Below are positions 12,499 through 23,585 of a stretch of DNA of 64,000 nt, piece after piece. The DNA is from Zygnema circumcarinatum SAG 698-1b (taxonomy: Eukaryota > Plantae > Zygnematophyceae). The stretch lies in the NCBI GenBank assembly GCA_037447605.1, contig CM074809.1, positions 486,689 to 550,688 on the forward strand. The letters run 5' to 3'. How positions within the stretch are numbered: position 1 is the first letter of the stretch; each line of letters begins with the position of its first letter. The notes beneath the pieces were generated by a model. It made no database searches. It was not told the DNA's origin and was given only the letters and a program-made list of their open reading frames with translations. The position numbers and the translations under genes were made by a program.

Positions 12499-13527
12499 CA
12501 TATGTGGCAGCGTATGTTTTACCCTCACGGTAATCCATGCGCTGCAATCTGGTCTTTTAAAGGAGAGGTCAGAGGCCTCACGTTCCAAATAGTTTACGTG
12601 ACATTTGAGGTAGTCGGGAGTAAGAAAGAAACCATCGGGAATGAGCCAGACATGGAGGGGAGGAGAGGAAGAAAGGGCCTTATATGAGATGTTTTAGAAG
12701 GAGAGGACTCTCCCATAGGCTAATGCGCTGTATATCTTGCCTTCTCAGATTTTAGACTGCACAAATGGGATCGAAATGAGCCCCTTGTAAGCTGAAATAT
12801 TGGTTTTTGTCAGTCAATGCTGCAACCAGCTGTTTGGGTTGGGGTTCCCTGAGACTTTGTGGACTACAAACAGAGGCATTAAATTTTTTAACATTCAGAA
12901 GCGATGACTGTGAAGTTATCGGGTATCAATAGTAAGAGGAGGGACCCGTTTTTGTCAGAACCAGTGACTTGACAGCGAAATAGGTGCTTTTCAGGGCCTT
13001 GAAAAGAAGTTGATTGGAATTGAACAAGGAAAGCATCGACATAGAACTCTAGAAGAGCATGCAAGGCAGGAAACCAAATGAAACCACTATTATATCTTCA
13101 CCCTTCAACATCTGTGGCGCAGTGTACAGATCTCATCAAACTAAATAAGCGAACCGAATTTTGTCTCTTCGAAACAAAATTTTCGCTCTCAGAAGAAACA
13201 TATGATAGGTACTTTGCGTCGTCATCGCGGCAAAATATGTACAACAGAAAGCCACCTCTTCTAAGGGGCCACGGAAAGGTGGACATGCCTTGGCGTGCAT
13301 GCATGCTGCTGCTCTGAAAGGGACTGAACAAAGACCTAAACTATTAAGAAAACAAAAAAAATATCTAGAATAGAGAACAATTCGTTGCAGGTAAAACGTA
13401 AAATTAAATAGTTATATAAGGTTGCAAAGCTATACTTCTCAACAAAAATGGCATTAGCAACTCCCAGAGACAGCCCACGAGGTTGCCGACTAATGGGAAC
13501 CAACCATGATTGGCGGGCAATTCCAGA

Positions 13528-14439
13528 TCATAGGTCTGCACTCAAAGTTTCAGCCGAACCCCCAAAGCCCAAAAGAAAATCCAAGCTTGCTCGGGTCCAC
13601 TCCGCTCCTGTGGGATCATCAAAGAGGAAATGCGTCCCGCTTTCAAATGGAAGGAGGCGACCTTTTGGATATGACGCCGCCATCTGCTCCGCTACTCGAG
13701 GGTTCATCTTTGAGCCAAGGGGACTCACAGCGGTAGCAGGGTCCCCCACTTGCAGCATGACTGGCATGGACATATTTCCAACCGCCATTGTAATTTCAAG
13801 ATCCGCAGCACGTAACTCCCCAATGGTCGTATGATCCACATCGAATAACCGGTTCGCTTCTAGCAAGGTTTGTGCAGGGGGGGCCAATGTCTCTCTGTCG
13901 GTATCTAACAGCGCAAATTCAGCTAAAGACAGGCTCCGCAGAGTTGAAATTTGTCCGCAGACGAGCTCAAGGTCGAGCTTCTGCTCGTCAGTGATGTAAC
14001 CCGAGATATTGGCGGCTACGTTTGGAGGTCTATTCCATGGCGGCTCCACTAAAAGAAGCGCTTTTACAAGCTCAGGATACAGCTGAGCGACTCTTGCAGC
14101 TGTGGAGCCCCCCATAGAGTGACCAACGAGCAAAACAGGCTCTCGAGGTGACACGTGGCGGATCACAGCTGCAGCGTCCTCGACCAGGTTCTCCATATTG
14201 AAGCTTCCTATAGGAAGAGGGTTTGAAAGGCCATGGCCTCTCGCATCGGGAAGCACCACTCTGAAGCTGGAAGTGAAGGGCTGCAAGAACGTCATCATGT
14301 AAGCTCCGTCGAAAAAGAAGCCATGGATGAAGACAAGCAGTGGCAGGGCAGCAGGAGTGGAGGCTGCTGAGCTTTGCCAGTAGTGGAGAGCCATGTCTCC
14401 CCCAGAGAGGTGGCCCTGCGTCCACATTGCTGCCGCCAT
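13528..14439 (-). CDS. Alpha/beta-hydrolase copy 1, intronless, 303 aa
   Basis: HGF oxyanion region, DARGHG, GHSMGG nucleophile elbow, LLVEPPW and C-terminal GTHF His. ATG at 14439, TGA at 13528-13530. Confidence 0.9.
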   Translation of the reverse strand: MAAAMWTQGHLSGGDMALHYWQSSAASTPAALPLLVFIHGFFFDGAYMMTFLQPFTSSFRVVLPDARGHGLSNPLPIGSFNMENLVEDAAAVIRHVSPREPVLLVGHSMGGSTAARVAQLYPELVKALLLVEPPWNRPPNVAANISGYITDEQKLDLELVCGQISTLRSLSLAEFALLDTDRETLAPPAQTLLEANRLFDVDHTTIGELRAADLEITMAVGNMSMPVMLQVGDPATAVSPLGSKMNPRVAEQMAASYPKGRLLPFESGTHFLFDDPTGAEWTRASLDFLLGFGGSAETLSADL

Positions 14440-14689
14440 CTCCAACCCTCTCTCTCACAACCCAAAATTAAGGTTTTCCGCTGAGACCCAGAGGGAGAGC
14501 GCCAGGGAAAAAGCAGCACTGGCAGGAGTCTGACGGCCATGGCCATGGAGGGCGATGTCATAGTAAGTTCCGCGCGCGCGCTAAGCGGGAAGAGAACGTG
14601 GAGGCGACAGCGGGGGAGGGCCCCCAGCGGCGCTCTATGCTGCGACGCTTCCCGATCCGTTTCGCCCTTGTTCCTTTCCATGCATTGAA

Positions 14690-15032
14690 CAGTGCACAGG
14701 TCGACCATTATTGGATCAACCATTGCATTTGCAATGGTTGCGAACCATTGGATCGCGAACCAGCCAACCATTGCAATGGTTACGAACCATTGGATCGAGA
14801 GCCAGCCGACCATTGCAATGGGTGCGAACCATTGGATCGAGAGCCAGCCAACCATTGCAATGGTTGCAACCATTGGATGGCAACCGTTGCCAACGATTGC
14901 CAATGGTTCGAACCATTCGATTCGAGAGGTTTTGTAATTTATGTTCGATTTTTATATGAGAAAATTTTGCCACTCTGTGATGTAATGGCTGGCGCACGTT
15001 GCCGATGCAATGGTCCGACTTGTGGAACACTG
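14690..15032. mobile_element. MITE-like element (343 bp) with CAGTG..CACTG ends and an internal AACCAnT palindrome array
   Basis: Imperfect TIRs CAGTGCACAGGTCGACC / reverse complement CAGTGTTCCACAAGTCGGACC. Absent from the paralogous position in duplication copy 2. Right flank is TA but left flank is AA, so the TSD is not clean. Confidence 0.65.
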
Positions 15033-15185
15033 TAGAGTTTTGGACGGAGCGAATTATTGAACATGGAGCATGGAAGCTATACAGATCATCTACAGTACCC
15101 CCCCTCATATATTTTCTCCCCGAGCACTTTTGCTACCCAAGAAATTTGCCCAGATTGGGAGGAAACCACTTAGTTAGTGTTAATG

Positions 15186-17083
15186 TGTTAGGGGTATTAA
15201 TACGGGCTTAAGCAGGAGGAGAGACGTGAAACTAGTCTGATTGAGAGCTGATCTCTGGAAGCCCGTCAACCCTCAGCCTAATATTAACTAGGTCTCGTGC
15301 CAGATAGTGCACTCTTCGGTGACAACTCGGGTGTTGGCGTTGATGACGATATTCTTGACCAGATTGATCTGAATGACCTCCTCTAACGTTTGTCTCTTCT
15401 TGTAAGATGCAACTTCGTCTTTTATCTCATCATTAGTGGGCTCTTCTACTATCGATAATTATAGCATCATCAATGAGACGAACGGTTCACTTGTCGTCTT
15501 TGGGTGTGATTATTATCATTAGTAGAAGAAGAAGAAGACGAAAGGTGTGGCATTTTTTGTTGTGTGCATAAAGAGTCGTCATCATCAGTTTGTTGTTGCT
15601 CGTCTTCTCTTATCCTACTCATGATGCCTTCACCACTGTAGGTACTAGCACTACCACATGGCCCATCATCACCGTCCCCCTTAAAACTGCTCTTGTAGAC
15701 CTATTTTTTGTTGGAGTGGGGGACTGATCCCCGCTGCTCCCGGCAACACCTCGTGTGTCACCCTCCACAGGAACTCGTGTTCCCACCGATGTAGACATTC
15801 CCACTCTTACACTCTCAAGGCTCTATCTCAATTCACTCATCGCCCATAACTCACAGAATGAACACCAGAGATAAGCACAGCGGAAATCAATCGAGAGAAG
15901 TGTAGGAGAAAGCTCACGGCTCTAAAACTCCTTTATAATAAAATGTCCACCCACATGAAGTTCTCCCACCACTACAAGGTAAGTCCCTCTTACTCACTAC
16001 CTCACGACACAAGTGAAGGCAGCCTGACAGCACGAGCAGGCACAGAATAAGAGACAGAACTAGTATGGTTATTTTCCCATAGTAAAACTATGCACTATAT
16101 AATATGGCGCCCGTGACGTGACACATATGTCACGTCACGCCCGCCATTGCAAACCCATGCACCGAGTTTCAGTGGGCGCACTCAAGAATAGCGACCGGAG
16201 AGTGGCCTCGCAAACCTACGACGACACCGACCTAGTTCTTGTCTGTCCGTACAGTCGTCCGTACAGTTCCGCCGTTTCGCCAGCCTTCCTTAGCGATCTT
16301 CGCCCGCCGACACTTCGGCCGTACATACGAACCAGCGGACCCACATCACGAGTGGTCCACGTGGCGCATTCCGATTCGCCGCCAAGTATCTCCCATGTCG
16401 TTTCCGCGCCGCAACTTTCCGCTCCGCGTTTTGCGCCCGCGCCGCGACCAATCAAAGTAGCGCGTCCGTACGTCGCGCACTCGCGTCAGCGCCGCGACCA
16501 ATCATCGCCGCTCGTTCGAACTCCGCGCACTCGCGGCGCACTCGCCTAAGGGTGGGGGTCCATCAGCGTTTGCCTGTACCGCCACATCGGATCATGAGTC
16601 ATGAAGGGAGAATTGCGGGTTCCATCAGAGGTCCCTCGAGCCAATCAGCGGACGCCACGTGGACACATTTATTCGTCCACCGTGGCCGCGCGTCCACCGC
16701 GCATTGGCGGCTGTGCGCCAGCGTGGTCGCCGTACCCCCGTGGCATCTCGAACGGATCTTCAACGCCACGCGGCGGCGCACGATTGGAAAACTCAGGCAT
16801 AGTTCTAGGGAATTTTTTTCAGGGGGTATGTTTTGGGGAACTACGCCTGTACCTCCACGTCGGTCCTAGTCGGCGCCACGACGGCGCCACATCATCCTCC
16901 AAAACAACGCCTGTACCTCCACGTCGGCGAAAAATCGCTGATGGACCCCCACCCTAAGTCAGAACACCGACATCACTAAATCTAGAAGCACTACGCCTAG
17001 CAGATCTCATGTTCAACAACTGAGTACCACAACAAGTTAGTGTGTCCAATGTAATGTCTAACTATCATACACTAACACTAACA
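15186..17083 (+). mobile_element. Solo-LTR-like segment nested in the mariner-type element
   Basis: TGTTAG start and CTAACA end. Shares GTAGGAGAAAGCTC..CTAAAACTCCTTTAT, CTAGAAGCAC..CCTAG and ACACTAACA blocks with 36.2-36.9 kb. No TSD found; left boundary uncertain. Confidence 0.4.
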
Positions 17084-17245
17084 TTTTTCAATACAACTAT
17101 TTTGAGACAAGTAGAAGGTGTCCTAGAGCTGCCTTACGGCTTGAAGCTTCAATTATAATAATCAATCTCTGTCTAACTAGCAAGAAAACGAAGAAAAGAC
17201 GTCAAATACATATAAAGTACACTTTATTTTAAAATGTGGTATAAT

Positions 17246-18962
17246 CAGGCCTCTTCAAATAGGGGAGATCCCCTAAATATCGTAAATAGCTTATTTATGT
17301 AAGATTTTGAGATTAGTTTACGTGATTTCAACTTAAATACCACACAAGCCCCAAAAAAGCATTTTTTTGGTTAAAAACAAAAAGGAAATGAATTGCATTT
17401 GCAACCACGATAGCAATGATGTATATGAACTTTACTTGTTGGTATAACAACACGGCTTTAGAAACTGGTGCAACCTCTTCGACTCTTATAGATTGGTAAA
17501 TTTTACCAATTAATTAGAACAACTGTGCATTTGGCAATCACAACATATAGTTGCTTATTCAAAAACCCAATTGCACTGAAACTTTGTAGATCCAATCCTA
17601 AGCTCTCTATTTCCTTTTCCATCCATCATTAATTACTCCAAGTATCACTTTAGAATCCATCATAGTCTTGAAATTTTCTCACAAAAACTCTATTCCAAAT
17701 CATAACCTCTGAAATTCTAGGTGTAGTCACAAAAGAAAAACTGAAATAGGAACTAAAATTAGAAATGAAATGAAAAATGGTCTCACTCCCTTAGGAGTTT
17801 TAGGCTGAACAAGACAGCTATAGAAGTGATGCAAACTACTCAAAGAGACCCTGGAAGAGCGGTCAAACTATCAAACTGTTTGCAGTGAAGAATGCCTTCC
17901 AATGAGAAGTCTGTCAACCTCTTTCGAAACTCGTCTTTCTCCCATCCAATTACTGAAAAATCAGACTCGACGGTAGCAGTGTTGCACAGATCGGACCATT
18001 AGACAAACCAGTCGACTGGTTGGCAACCAGTGGTTGCGGACCGAAACAACCATTCGACTGGTTGCCAACCAGTGGCATCCACTGGTTGCCACCAGTCGAC
18101 TGGTTGCCAACCAGTGCCGCCGTATCGAAACAACCATTCGACTGGTTGCCAACCAGTGGCGCAGGACTGAAACAACCATTCGATTGGTTCGGAACCAGTG
18201 ATCCAATGGTTGGCAACCATTGAATTTCTGAAATTAAAAAAAATTGCAAAAATGGTCGTATGTGTTTTTTGGTGGGTTGCCAACCGTTGACAACTAGTGT
18301 AACAAGCCTGATGCGTACAGATGCGTACGAATTCGTACAGCCGAGTCGTACGATTGTACGAAGATTCTGTACGGCCGAACCGTAATAGTTTTCTCCGAAA
18401 CGCCGACGGCATTTTGGTAGCTGTAGCGTTCAGGTCGCTACAACTAGTGATTTAATGGTTGCCAACCATTTGATTTAATGGATATAACCATTCGACTGGT
18501 TGCCAACCAGTGCCGCCGGATCGAAACAACCATTCGACTGGTTGCCAACCAGTGGCATCCACTGGTTCCAAACCAGTCGACTGGTTGCCAACCAGTGGTT
18601 GCGGACCGAAACAACCATTCGACTGGTTGCCAACCAGTGCCGCCAGATCGAAACAACCATTCGACTGGTTGCCAACCAGTGGCATCCACTGGTTCCAAAC
18701 CAGTCGACTGGTTGCCAACCAGTGGTTGCGGACCGAAACAACCATTCAACTGGTTGCCAACCAGTAGACGTCCAACCATTGCCATCCAATGGTTGTCCAA
18801 TGGTTGCCGATCCACTGGTCCGAACTGTGCAGTGTTGGGAAATGATGAACGTCCGTACGTGCACGGTTTCGTCCGTACAGTCCATATTTACGTGTTTTTA
18901 CAAAACCAAGTTAGGGGACAGTCCCCTATCTTAAGCCGATCTCCCCTATTTGAAGAGGCCTG
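17246..18962. mobile_element. Non-autonomous hAT-superfamily element (1717 bp)
   Basis: Perfect 25-bp TIR CAGGCCTCTTCAAATAGGGGAGATC (17246-17270 / 18938-18962) and perfect 8-bp TSD GGTATAAT (17238-17245 / 18963-18970). Confidence 0.9.
17977..18830. repeat. Two arrays of a 26-bp double-palindrome repeat with 16-17-bp recurring spacers, inside a MITE-like unit
   Basis: AACCA(G/T)TCGACTGGTTGCCAACCAGT occurs about 5 times at about 18006-18200 and 7 times at about 18486-18765, with a higher-order 127-bp period in the second array. Ends resemble the CAGTGTTGCACAGnTCGGACC TIR. Confidence 0.9.
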
Positions 18963-20063
18963 GGTATAATACGCACGTGTAATACGGTGTATTACACGCG
19001 CGTTTGATACATAACGGATCTATAGGCATAACTCTAACATAATACCGCCCACCTATTGTTAACACGGACTTCCATTTACTTCCCAACCCCAAGATTTTCG
19101 TCCAATCTCGGCCGAAACCATGGCGAAAATATTAGGGGGGGGGGTACTTTATTTGTGGGACACATGTTTGAGTTTTGTACATTGAACACATTATGGACAA
19201 TGCACATTTGCATTGTATTTGTACCACGATATAGTCACATGTTGGAAATTTTGGTTGGTTTACACAATGTATGGTGAAAGACGCCAAACGTTAAAAGGCT
19301 CAAAAACAAGGACAGCATCAACAGCCCCAAACAGCGAGCTGGTTGTCATCTGGTTTTTAGCTGCATTCGGTGGTTTTTTCCATTAGTTACATGACTTTAG
19401 GAAGAAAAACTGAGAGCATGCCTTGTAAAAGAATCCTGCCATTCCCCACAACCAGACAAACACTCCAGTTTATAAAATGGCTTCAGGATTCCACCGAGCA
19501 CTTGGGCTTCAGACACTGTTTACGTCTGCCTTTTTTTCCATTAACTGATACGAAAGGTTCCTCGATCATAGAGATTCTGAAGATTTGAGGACTTGGAGTG
19601 GTCTAAGAAGCTAAAAGGAACTAAATGAAACCACTAGTATACCTTCACCCTTCAATATTTGTGGCGCAGTGCACTAATCTCTTCAAACTAAATAAGCAAA
19701 CTGTTCTCCTAAACAAAAATCCCGTTCTCAAAAGAAACATATGAACTGTACTTTGCGTCGTGATTGCCGCAAAATATGTACAACAGAAAGCCACCTCTTT
19801 AAAGGGGCCACGGGAGAGGTAGCAGGGCAGATGGACACATGCTGCTGCTCTGGAAGGAACTGAACAAAGACCTAAACTATTAAGAAAACAAAAAAAATAT
19901 CTAGAATAGAGAACAATTCGTTGCAGGTAAAACGTAAAATTAAATAGTTATATAAGGTTGCAAAGCTATACTTCTCAACAAAAATGGCATTAGCAACTCC
20001 CAGAGACAGCCCACGAGGTTGCCGACTAATGGGAACCAACCATGATTGGCGGGCAATTCCAGA

Positions 20064-20975
20064 TCATAGGTCTGCACTCAAAGCTGCAGCCGAACTCACA
20101 AAGCCCAAAAGAAAATCCAAGCTTGCTCGGGTCCACTCCGCTCCTGTCGGATCATCAAAGAGGAAATGTCTCCCGTTTTTGAATGGAAGGAGGCGTCCTT
20201 TTGGATATGACGCCGCCATCTGCTCCGCTACTCGAGGGTTCATCTTTGTGCCAAGGGGACTCACAGCGGTAGCAGGGTCCCCCACTTGCAGCATGACCGG
20301 CATGGAGATATTTCCAACCGCCATTGTAATTTCAATATCCGCAGCACGTAACTCCCCAATGGTCGTATGATCCACATCGAATAACCGGTTCGATTCTAGC
20401 CCGGTTTGTGCAGGGGGGACCAATGTCTCTCTGTCGGTATCTAACAGCGCAAATTCAGCTAAAGAAAGGCTCCGCAGAGTTGAAATCTGTCCGCAGACAA
20501 GCTCAAGGTCGAGTTTCTGCTCTTCAGTGATGTAACCCGAGCAATTGGCGGCTGCGTTTGGAGGTCTATTCCATGGCGGCTCCACTAAAAGAAGCGCTTT
20601 TACAAGCTCAGGATACAGCTGAGCGACTCTTGCAGCTGTGGACCCCCCCATAGAGTGACCCACGAGCAAAACAGGCTCTCCCGGTGACACGTGGCGGATC
20701 ACAGCTGCAGCGTCCTCGACCAGGTTCTCCATATTGAAGCTTCCTAAAGTAAGAGGGTTTGAAAGACCATGACCCCTCGCATCGGGAAGCACCACTCTGA
20801 AGCTGGAAGTGAAAGGCTGCAAGAACGTCACCATGAAAGCTGCGTCGAAAAAGAAGGCATGCAAGAAGACAAGCAGTGGCAGGGCAGCAGGAGCGGCGGC
20901 TGCTGAGCTTTGCCAGTAGTGGAGAGCCATGTCTCCCCCAGAGAGGTAGCCCTGCGTCCACATTGCCGCTGCCAT
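20064..20975 (-). CDS. Alpha/beta-hydrolase copy 2, intronless, 303 aa
   Basis: Same length and motifs as copy 1 (HAF, DARGHG, GHSMGG, GRHF). ATG at 20975, TGA at 20064-20066. Confidence 0.9.
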   Translation of the reverse strand: MAAAMWTQGYLSGGDMALHYWQSSAAAAPAALPLLVFLHAFFFDAAFMVTFLQPFTSSFRVVLPDARGHGLSNPLTLGSFNMENLVEDAAAVIRHVSPGEPVLLVGHSMGGSTAARVAQLYPELVKALLLVEPPWNRPPNAAANCSGYITEEQKLDLELVCGQISTLRSLSLAEFALLDTDRETLVPPAQTGLESNRLFDVDHTTIGELRAADIEITMAVGNISMPVMLQVGDPATAVSPLGTKMNPRVAEQMAASYPKGRLLPFKNGRHFLFDDPTGAEWTRASLDFLLGFVSSAAALSADL

Positions 20976-22441
20976 CTCCTCCTCTCTCTCTCTCTCACAC
21001 CCCAAAATTAAGGATTTCCGCTGAGACCCAGAAGGAGAGCGCCAGGGAGGGAAAGCAGCACTGACGGGTGTCGGGCCATGGAGGGCTATCTCATAGTAGA
21101 GCTCCGCGCGCGCGCTCAGCGGGAAGAGAACGTGGAGGCGAGCGGCGACAAAGCGGGGGAGTGCCCCCAGCGGCGCTCTATGCTTCGACGCTTCCTGTTC
21201 CGTTACCGTTCGCTTCTCGTTCCTTAACCATGCAGTGAAACACAATAGAGTTTTGGCCAGAACTGAATTTTGAGCATGGAACATGAAAGCTTATAGAATA
21301 CAATTCGTCTATTTGTGGGAAACATGTTTAATTTTGTGCATTCAACACGTTATGGACACTGCAAACTTGCGTTGTATTTGTACCACGATGTAGTCACCTG
21401 TTGAAAATATTGGCTTATGTTTACACAATGTATGGTGATAGACGCCAAACTTTAAAAGGCTCCCTAACAAGGACAACGTGAATAGCCCCAAACACCGACC
21501 TGGTTGTCAGCAGGTTTAGTTTGCATCCTGTTAAGTACATGATTTAAAAAGAAGAATTGAGAGCATGCCTTTGAAAGAATCAGAGAAGTATCCTTTGCAT
21601 TCCCCACAACCAAACAAGCACTCCCGTTTGTTAAGGTAATGGCTTCAAGGTTTCATGAGCACTTGCGCTTCTGGCACTGTTTGCGTCTGGCTATTCATTA
21701 TCTGATATGAAAAGTTTCTCTATCATAGAGAGATCCTGATGATTCGAGGAGTTGGAGTGGTCTAAGAAGCTAAGTAACGAATGTATGGCCCACCTCGTCA
21801 AGTCAACAGACAAGGCGATTTGGACGAAACAGGATATATCCTGTCTCGATCGGATGCAAACCATAAGTAAAAGGTGTTGTTAAGGGCATACAGAACTCCT
21901 CCAGATACCCTCAATCCTTAATCGTGGTTATGACCACCATAGCATGTCAGTCGTGGCTGCAAAAGTGCGCGAACAATGCCTTTCTGAGCGCAGTGGTAAA
22001 GCTCAACACATACACATCACCGACCAGAAAGTCACTCGCATAAAGACCCACAAATGCATGACCGTTGCCTCAGCAGAAGCTCAGGCTGCAAGTATGAACA
22101 GAAAGAGAAAAAAATCAATACCCTTACGATGAATGTTGAAACGGGGAAAAGCTTGCTCATCTCCTCAGTTTCAAGCATGCCCTGCTGGAACGCAGTTTCA
22201 AACCCTAATCCCATCGTCTGAGAGAACCAGAAAATCCCACTGTTGTGCCTACAAGCCATGGCCTCCTCTGTTCTCTGCTCTTTCCCAGCGATACGTCAAC
22301 ATGCCTTTCGAACATGTCAAACGCAACTTGTCGAATTTGGGAGGCGAAATTACAACCTCCAGCCTTAGGGCACACCAACTTAGGGTTCGAAACCAGCTCA
22401 ACTCCCTCCAGTCTCCTCTCGCGCACGAGCCCTTCTCTCGC

Positions 22442-22882
22442 TTAGGCCGTCAGCATCACAACGCCTCCAGCATCCTTGATCTTCTTCTCTGCCAATTTCG
22501 AGAAAAACTTCGCTTTCACAACGAGAGGCTGCTCCGGGAGCTCGCCTTTCCCCAGCACTTTGGAGAATCCGTAATGGGTCACATCCACAACCGGGGCTTT
22601 CTCCTCTCCATCGACCTGACTCTTCACCGCCTCCGGGAGCAGGGACCACAGCCTATCCAGATTCACCACAGGGCAGTGAAATTTGTTCATGGTCTTGTGG
22701 AAATACCGCATACCCACCTTCCCGAAATAACCCGGATGGTATTTATCCATCATGATCCGGTGATGGTGCATGCCTCCTGCATTTCCCCGCCCTCCGGGAT
22801 GCTTGCGGTGCTTTCCCACGCGACCATGGCCGGCTGACACGTGTCCCCTCTTCTTCCTGCTCTTCTTCAGGTGCGTCGTCAT
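22442..22882 (-). CDS. RPL27A: 60S ribosomal protein L27a (uL15), intronless, 146 aa
   Basis: [50 protein letters not shown] signature; full length. AACCCTAA telo-box 70 bp upstream (22951-22958). Confidence 0.97.
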   Translation of the reverse strand: MTTHLKKSRKKRGHVSAGHGRVGKHRKHPGGRGNAGGMHHHRIMMDKYHPGYFGKVGMRYFHKTMNKFHCPVVNLDRLWSLLPEAVKSQVDGEEKAPVVDVTHYGFSKVLGKGELPEQPLVVKAKFFSKLAEKKIKDAGGVVMLTA

Positions 22883-23585
22883 GGCTGCAAGCCGCGGGAG
22901 GAGGCTCTCTGCAGGAGGCTGCTGGGGGAGGCAGCCGGAAGAGGGCGAAATTAGGGTTGCCGGTCCTTTTGAACCCTCCGCGCCAAGTTAGGGCTAAGGG
23001 CCGTTGCTTAGCCGGCAACCGGCCTTAGGGATGGGGCCCTTTCGAAGTTCCATGTTCAAACCATTCGGCAATGCAACGAAGCATTGTTACGTTCATAACT
23101 TCTTTTTTCTCAAATAAAGAAAACAATTTGCATGACTTTCAGTTGTCTGCTGTATCTTCACCAAAGAAAATTTCAAGGGCAATGAAACCTGGAATCTCAT
23201 TTTAATAGTGTCTAACGAATGTATGAGGAGCTACTGAAAAAGTTTGACAGGTTAAACATCATCATCGTCTAATGGTCATCACCCACTTCACATCATATGA
23301 GCTCCACATGTCATCGTCGATATTGAACACATCGCCATTGCGCCTTCCAGGCTTTAACTATAGCATAGTTCACACAATGGCAACTTGCTTTTTGCAAGCT
23401 GTTCATGGCGATACACTGCACCTGATGCTCAAACCAATAACATATACAAATGGAAGCAAACAAACTGCGGGAAATTTACGCGTCTGCAGAGCAAACTAGC
23501 AAATCGTCTGTGTAAAAAAAAAATTGAACCTTGGGCATTTACAAAAACTAAAAAATAACAAAAAAAGGAACGTTTATTCAGTTCT

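Larger units (their letters stand above)
15093..19149. mobile_element. Non-autonomous Tc1/mariner-type TIR element (4057 bp) carrying nested inserts
   Basis: TA|CAGTACCCCCCCTCATATATTTTC ... GAAAATATTAGGGGGGGGGGTACTT|TA (about 25-bp imperfect TIR, TA TSD at 15091-92 and 19150-51). The paralogous empty site is a single TA at 21310-21311. No transposase ORF seen. Confidence 0.8.
13070..21773. repeat. Tandem duplication of an about 2.15-kb unit containing the hydrolase gene; copy 1 interrupted by transposons
   Basis: About 13070-14689 plus 15033-15092 match about 19615-21311, and 19152-19614 matches 21312-21773 (e.g. TTTGTGGGA..GGAGTGGTCTAAGAAGCTAA). Offsets are consistent once 4.4 kb of inserts are removed. 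Confidence 0.9.

Noticed and set aside
13528-14439. KAI2/D14 strigolactone or karrikin receptor
   Set aside because: The nucleophile motif is GHSMGG rather than GHSVS/GHSMS, and the KAI2 hallmark motifs are absent.
16105-16113. TGGCGCCCG as a retrotransposon primer-binding site
   Set aside because: Not preceded by an LTR-terminal CA and not followed by gag/pol; it is part of a hairpin stem.
18006-18765. CRISPR array call
   Set aside because: Spacers are short and recur periodically, there are no cas genes, the context is eukaryotic, and the array lies inside a TSD-flanked transposon.
17950-18969. Overlapping 70-160 aa ORFs with repeated peptides (WLATSRMVVS, GWQPVEWLFRS); similar ORFs at 14600-15100 and 54450-54790
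   Set aside because: Frames are open because the DNA repeat lacks stop codons; no domain or splice support.
20976-21284. 103-aa N-terminal extension of hydrolase copy 2
   Set aside because: Not in frame in copy 1 and not domain-like; probably leader or promoter sequence.
21829-21844. ACAGGATATATCCTGT palindrome resembling a T-DNA border or oriT core next to the hydrolase duplication
   Set aside because: Only the 11-bp core matches; the TG 5' end, the GTAAAC 3' part and a partner border are missing, so it is likely chance.
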